Program-made: the position numbers and the translations under genes
Shown: positions 57,045 to 64,000 of the stretch, one piece after another
Position numbering within the stretch: position 1 is the first letter of the stretch
Layout of the letters: the number at the start of each line of letters is the position of its first letter
DNA from: the human T2T-CHM13v2.0 reference genome, Homo sapiens
DNA: 64,000 nucleotides
NCBI RefSeq assembly: GCF_009914755.1
Contig: NC_060928.1
Direction: 5' to 3' (one strand)
The notes under the pieces: generated by a model
Told to the model about the DNA's origin: nothing
Database searches by the model: none
What the model saw: only the letters and a program-made list of their open reading frames with translations

Positions 57045-59277
57045 CTTTGTGGTTTTATCTACCTTTGGTCTTTGATAATGGTGACGTACAGATGGGTTTT
57101 TGGTGTGGATGTCCTTTCTGTTTGTTAGTTTTCCTTCTAACAGTCAGGACCCTCAGCTGCAGGTCTGTTGGAGTTTACTGGAGATCCACTCCAGACCCTG
57201 TTTGCCTGGGTATCAGCAGCGGTGGCTGCAGAAGAGCGGATATTGGTGAACGGCAAATGTTGCTGCCTGATCGTTCCTCTGGAAGTTTTGTCTCAGAGGA
57301 GTACCCAGCCGTGTGCGGTGTCAGTCCGCCCCTACTGGGGGGTGCCTCCCAGTTAGGCTACTGGGGGTCAGGGACCCACTTGAGGAGGCAGTCTGCCTGT
57401 TCTCAGATCTCAAGCTGCATACTGGGAGAACCACTACTCTCTTCAAAGCTGTCAGACAGGGACATTTAAGTCTGCAGAGGTTATTGCTGTCTTTTGTTTG
57501 TCTGTGCCCTGCCCCCAGAGGTGGAGCCTACAGAAGCAGGCAGGCCTCCTTGAGCTGTGGTGGGCTCCACCCATTTTGAGCTTCCTGGCCACTTTGTTTA
57601 CCTACTCAAGCCTGAGCAATGGCGGGCGCCCCTCCCCCAGCCTCGCTGCTGCCTTGCAGTTTGATCTCAGACTGCTGTGCTAGCAATGAGTGAGGCTCCA
57701 TGGGTGTAGGACCCTCTGAGCCAGGTGCGGGATATAATCTCCTGGTATGCCGTTTGTGAAGCCTGTTGGAAAAGCGCAGTATTAGGGTGGGAGTGACACG
57801 ATTTTCCAGGTGCTGTCTGTCACCCCTTTCTTTGACTAGGAAAGGGAATTCCCTGACCTCTTGCGCTTCCTGGGTGAGGTGATGCCTCGCCCTGCTTCGG
57901 CTCACACACGGTGAGCTGCACCCACGGTCCTGCACCCACTGTCCGGCACTCCCCAGTGAGATGAACCCGGTACCTCAGTTGGAAATGCAGAAATCACCCG
58001 TCTTCTGTGTCACTTATTCTGGGAGCTGTAGACTGGAGCTGTTCCTATTTGGCCATCTTGGCTCCACCCCGCAGATTGCTACTTTTTAAGGCTTTTGCCA
58101 ATTATGTTTTTTCTGTTAGACTATTGCTTCTCTGTATTTTCAGCTTATCTGACTATGCGGCTGTTTGAGCCTAAGCAAGAGAGGACTGGAAAATCAAATT
58201 CCCATCTTTGTTAGAATTGTGTGTAAACTGAAGGTACATGGGCACCAAAAGACTGAAACATACAAGTTTTGATGAATAAACTTTGTAACACTGATTTTGC
58301 CTTTTACTAGAGTTTTTTAAAAAAGGTTTTCAGATAAGCTTTGGATTTTTAAAGCCCCCTTCAGTTATATATTTCTATATTTTCATTTCATTCCATACCA
58401 TTTCTCAGGTTTACAAGTTTCTTATGTTTATTATCTGTTTTATGAATTAATTAGTGTTTTAAGTTTATGTTTCTCAAACTATAAATGATTCTGATTTCCA
58501 TATGTGTTTAGGGGATATGGAGAAAAAGTCTGTGACCTATGCATATTGGAATTAATTTTATAGGTTTGCTTATAGTCATGCTCAGTCAGGAATTCCTGCC
58601 CATAGGCTTCTGTTCTTCTACCCCAAGTTACTTACTTTTCTGTGGGATCCTCATAGTTGACCATACCTGCGTTTTCCTATTTGATGATTCTGTTTTTGGA
58701 GGCATGGTAAATGAGACCATAAATATTACTTAGTTTCTTTGGATTAGTAATTTGCAAGCTGGGGTAGAAATCCTTAACAAAGTCAGTATCATGATGCCCG
58801 TTTTCCTGTTGAAGAAATTAAGGACTTGAAGAGATTTACCCACTCCCTTGGGTCTCTTTGTCAGTAGAGAGCCAGGACTTATATACAGGTTTTTCTGACT
58901 TGATCCTCTTTTAAAAATAATTATCAGGTTTATATTAAGTTTTCTTTTACCCTGAACTTGTTACAGGCCACATGAGTCATATGGAGACAACCAAGAAAAT
59001 AAGAAAATTGAGTGTGTGTCCTCTAGATTGGAAGCTCCATTTTGGAGTTGGACACTATCACATTCATTTCCTGACACATAGTGTCATCACAAAAAGTTAC
59101 TTGACTAAAATATCACTGATTTCTATACTTATGTTTCTATAGTTTTAGACTGCAAAATAAAATCAAAGAAGGTACTTTGCTAAGTTTCTAAATTTATACG
59201 TCTTAATTATCTGTAAGGAACCAGAAGATATTTATTTGATCATGCTAAGAATATTTATTGAGCAACTACTCAATGCT

Positions 59278-59785
59278 CTACATCAGTTTTCTGTTGCTAT
59301 GTAAGAAATTGTCTCCAAACTTAGGGGCTTAAGAGAAGTTCATTATCTCAGAATCTAGGAATGTATTCACTAGGCATGCATGGCTCAGTGCCTCTCACAT
59401 GACTGCCATCAAGGTGTCCTTCAGAGCTGCAGTGTTCTCAAGGTTCAAGTCAGAGAGGATCATGTTCTCTTGACATAAGGCCTGAGTCCTAGCAGGATGT
59501 TGATTGGAGACCTCAGTCCCATGTCATGTGGGCCTCTCCTGAGGGCTGCCCAACATAGCAGCTTGCCTTCCCTAGAGGAAGGGTGGACAGGGAGAATGCA
59601 GAAGGTAGAAGTCACAGGGTTTTGTTGTAAACTAATATTGGAAGTGACATAACATCACTTCTTCCCCATTCCATTTTTTAGAAGCAAGTTACTGCGTCCA
59701 TCCCACATTCAATAGAAGATAACAAAACTCGGGAATATCAGGCAGTGGGGAGTATTGAGAGCTATCTGAGAAGCTGCCTACCAAA
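59278..59785 (-). mobile_element. MLT1 (F/G/H-like) LTR
   Basis: CTCCAAACTTAGGGGCTTAA, CATGTGGGCCTCTCC, AACATAGCAGCTTGCC and GGAAGTGACATAACATCACTTC motifs. Confidence 0.7.
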
Positions 59786-60484
59786 TTCAGTCCCACTCAG
59801 TTGACAAGTATTTGATGACTGAGGACCAACTGTGTACCTAGAATTGATAAGGAGATTTTTGCGTGGCAGTGATGAGTTGGCTGTATGGCAGCTGAAAGAT
59901 GGCTGAGAGTTATTTTCTCTGCAAGGAGATTGCAATGGGGTTGAGGAGATAGTCAATAACCAAGAGAAATAGTTAATATAAGGCTGTATGTAATTCTTTA
60001 TTAAAAAAAAAAGTGGATCTTACCCTCAAGGGGTTTCTTATTACAGATGGGTCATGTTTTGGAATACCTATGATTTAAACTAGAAAAATCACAAGTCCTG
60101 CAAGAAAGAGATTGTGTAGCAGTGCAGAGAAAGGAAAGATGTCTGGGAAATTAAGATACTAGGTAAAACTAAACATTGACCTAAGAAGCCAGTCATAATT
60201 TTTAGGTTTCAAAAAAAGCCTTCCTTATTACTTTCATAAATTGTAATTCATTCATTACTTACTATGCCCTATCCCCTCTCCCCATGTGCGGCACACCATG
60301 CGAAATATTACAAACAGAATCTTCTTTTATTCACATAATCACCTTAATGTTAGTTGTTATTCCCAAATGTGCATATAAGTTAACTGAGATTCTGGTATGC
60401 AAACTGGTTTGCTCAATGGTACTGTTGAGATCTAAGTTTGTAATGCCATGTTGCAAGTACCATATCATCCATTCTTTTTTTTCC

Positions 60485-61363
60485 TTTAATTTATTCAATA
60501 AATATTTACTGAGGAATAACCATGTTCCAGGACCTGATTAAGGTCTTGGAGACACAGAGGTGAACAAGGCAGAAAAGGACCCTGATGTCTTCTGGTTTAT
60601 ATTCTAGTGGGAGAGGAATGGGCAGACAATTAAAAAGTAAATAAACCAGAGAAACAGAGGGAAAAGTGATTTATCCGTTTACTCTTATTGGAATGTAAAC
60701 TTGAGAACAAGGATGGTGTTTGTGTTTTCGGCATTATATGCCTAAGGGCCTGGAAGAGCTTCCAGCACAGAGCAGGAGCTCAATCAATACTTTCAATTGA
60801 CCAAAAATAAAATAGTAAATAACAGAAAGTACCGAGTAGAAAGTAAAATGATGATGTGACACAGGGGGACTGATGAATTACTTCAGATTAGGTAATCAGG
60901 GAGAGCCTCATTGAAGAGATTGCCATTTGAACCAAGGTCTGAAGGACTAGAAGAAGCCAACCATGCAAATACCTGGATAAATAACACCCCAGACTCAAAT
61001 GAACAGCTAGTGCAAAGGCCCTGAAGGTGAGAATAGGCTTGATGGTCTTTAGCCAAAAAGAAAAGAGTTAGTGTCCTGAAGGATGAGGAGTTAGGAGGAT
61101 AAGAGATAAAGCCAAATAAATGAACAGGACAATGTCACGTGTGTCCTAGCAGGCTATTAGGATGAGTATGGATTTTATTTTAAATGTGATGAAAACCACT
61201 GGAAGGCTTTAAACAGGAAGTCAGGAAACTAACACAATCTTTAGTAGTAGCTCAGGAAAAAAGTAATAGAGGCTTAAACTAAGGGGTAGGGATGGAAATG
61301 GAAGGAAAGGGTCAATGTTACTCATTGATGGGCTACTCATTAATGGTTTGGATATGGAGAGGA

Positions 61364-61398
<35 letters not shown>

Positions 61399-61500
61399 TG
61401 TGTGTGTAAGGGAACTGGCAAGTCAAGGATGACTCTTAACTTTCTGACCTTGTTTTTTTGGACAGAGTGTTGACATTTCCTTAGATGAGGGAGGCTGGGA
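60485..61500 (-). mobile_element. L2 LINE fragments
   Basis: ATTCAATAAATATTTACTGAG..., AACAGCTAGTGCAAAGGCCCTGA and CCACTGGAAGGCTTTAAACAGG motifs. Confidence 0.7.
61364..61406. repeat. (GT)n microsatellite
   Basis: About 21 units with one AT interruption. Confidence 0.95.
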
Positions 61501-61667
61501 CCAAAGTCTGTATTAGCTTTCTAGAGCTATATTAACAAAGTAGCACAAACTATGTGGTTTAAACAACAGAATTTATTCTCATGATTCTGGAGGCTAGAAG
61601 TCTGAGATCAAGCTGTCTGTTGCTCGGATTGATGCCCTCTGAGGTCTGTGAGAGAGAATCTGCTTCA

Positions 61668-62300
61668 TGCTATGGTTTGAATGGATCCTTTCCAAAATTG
61701 AGGGGCTGCCAATGTGACAGTATTTATTTATTTACTTTATTTATTTATTTATTTTTTTGAGACGGAGTCTTGCTCTGTCGCCCAGGCTGGAGTGCAGTGG
61801 TGCTATTTGGCTCACTGCAAGCTCTGCCTCCCGGGTTCACAGCATTCTCTCGCCTCAGCCTAATTTTTTGTATTTTTAGTAGAGACGAGGTTTCACCATG
61901 TTAGCCAGGATGGTCTCTATCTCCAGTCCTCGTGATCCACCCGCCTCAGCCTCCCAAAGTGCTGGGATTACAGGTGTGAGCCACCGCACCCGGGACAGTA
62001 TTAAGAGGTGAGGCTTTTAAGAGCTGATGAGCTGATGAGGCCCTGAGGGCTCCTCTCTTGTGAATGCAATTAAGTCCTGTATGGTAGAGGCTTCACACAG
62101 CATTCAGTCCCATACAACTTCTGCCACGTGAGCACATGGCACTCCTCCCCTCCGGAGGAGCTGCCCTCACCAGATGATTGAACCTGCTGGTTCCTTGATC
62201 TTGGACTTCCCAGCCTCCAGAATGGTGAGAAATAGATTTCTGTTCTTCATAAACTACTGAGACTCGTATTCTGTTACAGCAGCGCAAGTGGACTAGGACA
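61668..62300 (+). mobile_element. MSTC/MSTD-like LTR split by an Alu
   Basis: TGCTATGGTTTGAATG start; TTGATCTTGGACTTCCCAGCCTCCAGAA...GGACTAGGACA end. Confidence 0.8.
61725..61993 (-). mobile_element. AluY with a ~43-bp internal deletion
   Basis: (TTTA)n tail; CACTGCAAGCTC and GTTAGCCAGGATGGTCTC diagnostics; CCTCAGCC joined directly to TAATTTTTTG; TSD GACAGTATT. Confidence 0.92.
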
Positions 62301-63462
62301 CTGCCTCTCTCCTAGGTTCTGGTGGTTGCTGGAAATCCGTGGCCCCCCTTGGTTTGTAGATGCATCGCCCCATTTCTGCCTTCATCTCTACCTGGTGCTC
62401 TTCCTATGTGAGCAGGTTGAGTGGGGAGGGGAACTCACAGTTTCTCTTTTGGTCATTTTAAATAAGATTTGACTGTTAGACTCAAAGCAGTGATATCAGT
62501 TACTGTAGGAGAGCAGAGAAAAAAGAGTCAGATCACAGCTGGGAAGGTTTCATGGAGAAAGGGCTAAGGATGGATAGAGCTTTGGCACCATCAAATGTCA
62601 GGCTCCTCTGAGACTCCCAAGCCATTTGGATAAATAAATGGATAAACAAGTGTGTTGTAACTACAGAGAAACATTTATTGTTTTTCCCTTCACAGAGGGG
62701 AAGATTACCAAGAAATTATTACTTGTTATTCTGATCAGTAACTTTCACCATTTCCAGACGGAGCTGACAGCTACCCAGCAGGGAATGCTGAGTTAGAAAT
62801 ATCCCTTGCTTCCCAGTAAAAGAATTTCTTTTTCTGTCTCTGCTAAGACAGCAGGTCTCTACTGCTGTTGGTTTAGTCTTGCCTGTGACCTGCAATATAA
62901 AATGAAGATAATGGGGAAAACAAAATCACTGGATTGGAAATGACTCTTACTGCTACCTCGGCATGATTAGATATGATTTTAGGAATCTGCAAAAAATTCT
63001 AGTCTGGTCGTGTAGCTTCCTTGATGAAAGACCTTTACTTGCTTCCCACTGCTTTTAGACATGAGACTCCAATCCTAAACTTTGCCAAGAAGAGCTTGCA
63101 TGTGCTGGCTTGGCCTAATTCTCTCTTCTCTGCATTCCAGTCTCAGTGGCCTTCCTTTATTTCTCATCCGACTTCCTAACACAACTTTCTCCCTTTTGAC
63201 TTAAGAACTTTGTATGTATGACAAGCACCTCCCTTGTAAACTTGAGCTTTTTTCCCCCCTCCCTCTTCAATCTTGTTTTTTATTTATCCTCCAGGTGACT
63301 GAAGTGCCTAAGCTTTTAAGGGGCATCCTAACCTATTCCATCCTTGTCACTTGGTATTCCCCACTCGTCTGCTGCTTCTTTCTGTAATGACTTTCAAAGG
63401 AATAAGTAGGTTTTGATGGTGAATCTTTTGTAAACTATGAAATTTTATGATATTCTCTGCAT

Positions 63463-63479
63463 CACCACTAGGGGGAGGG
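63463..63479 (+). promoter_or_regulatory. Candidate CTCF site
   Basis: CACCACTAGGGGGAGGG, 11/12 match to the CCASYAGRKGGC core. Confidence 0.45.
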
Positions 63480-63714
63480 CTGCCCAAGTTTTATGGTTCA
63501 GAGCTTTGGTTACAGCTTACCTGATGGAATGAAGTCCAAAAGAAGAAAGTTAAGGACAGCCGCCCAACCACAGTGGGGAAGCCGGAGGGGAAGGCAGTGT
63601 TAGTGCTGGAGCATTAAATAAATAAAATAACACAGGGCAAAAAATTAGAGGAATGGTCACTGGTGATTACAGATGTTAGAAACGTAGCATTAGTTGTTTA
63701 AAAATGGATAATAA

Positions 63715-64000
<286 letters not shown>

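Larger units (their letters stand above)
61508..62410 (-). mobile_element. MLT1 (B/C-like) LTR split by an MST LTR
   Basis: TGTATTAGCTTTCTAGAGCT...TTCTGGAGGCTAGAAGTCTGAGATCAAG on the left; CCTCTCTCCTAGGTTCTGGTGGTTGCTGG...TCTGCCTTCATCT on the right. Confidence 0.8.

Noticed and set aside
57047-57935. GC/CpG-richer region as a host gene promoter with several ORFs
   Set aside because: It is the L1PA 5' UTR.

Overview
This is primate nuclear DNA, most likely human or another ape, judging by its AluY-lineage, L1PA, THE1 and MLT2A elements. It is gene-poor and AT-rich, and looks intergenic or deep-intronic. No host protein-coding gene, RNA gene, CpG island or CRISPR array can be supported. The only ORFs with recognisable products are LINE-1 ORF1p/ORF2p remnants; the rest of the ORF track is Alu-, LTR- or antisense-L1-derived, or chance. 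Main contents: (1) a full-length (~6.16 kb) but frameshifted L1PA3/PA4-type element at 51911-58070 (-), with target-site duplication (TSD) and the 129-bp ZNF93-target segment; (2) the 5' half of an L1PB-type element (18876-21741, -), fused to a truncated MER4A LTR and capped by a 4x tandem amplification of its YY1-site terminus; (3) an old L1MA fragment (1-4400) interrupted by an MST LTR and a Tigger2a element; (4) about 13 Alu/FLAM copies, including AluYe5-like and AluYd-like ones; (5) many MaLR/ERVL solo LTRs, some nested three deep, plus MIR, L2 and hAT relics. The most unusual non-repeat signal is a gap-free 184-bp direct duplication (25824-26007 / 27307-27490, ~93% identical). It has a 59-bp perfectly identical core, a CTCF-like motif and a minus-strand splice-donor motif. 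I do not see evidence for a new multi-gene biological system. Repeat subfamily names come from recalled consensus sequences and need RepeatMasker/Dfam confirmation.
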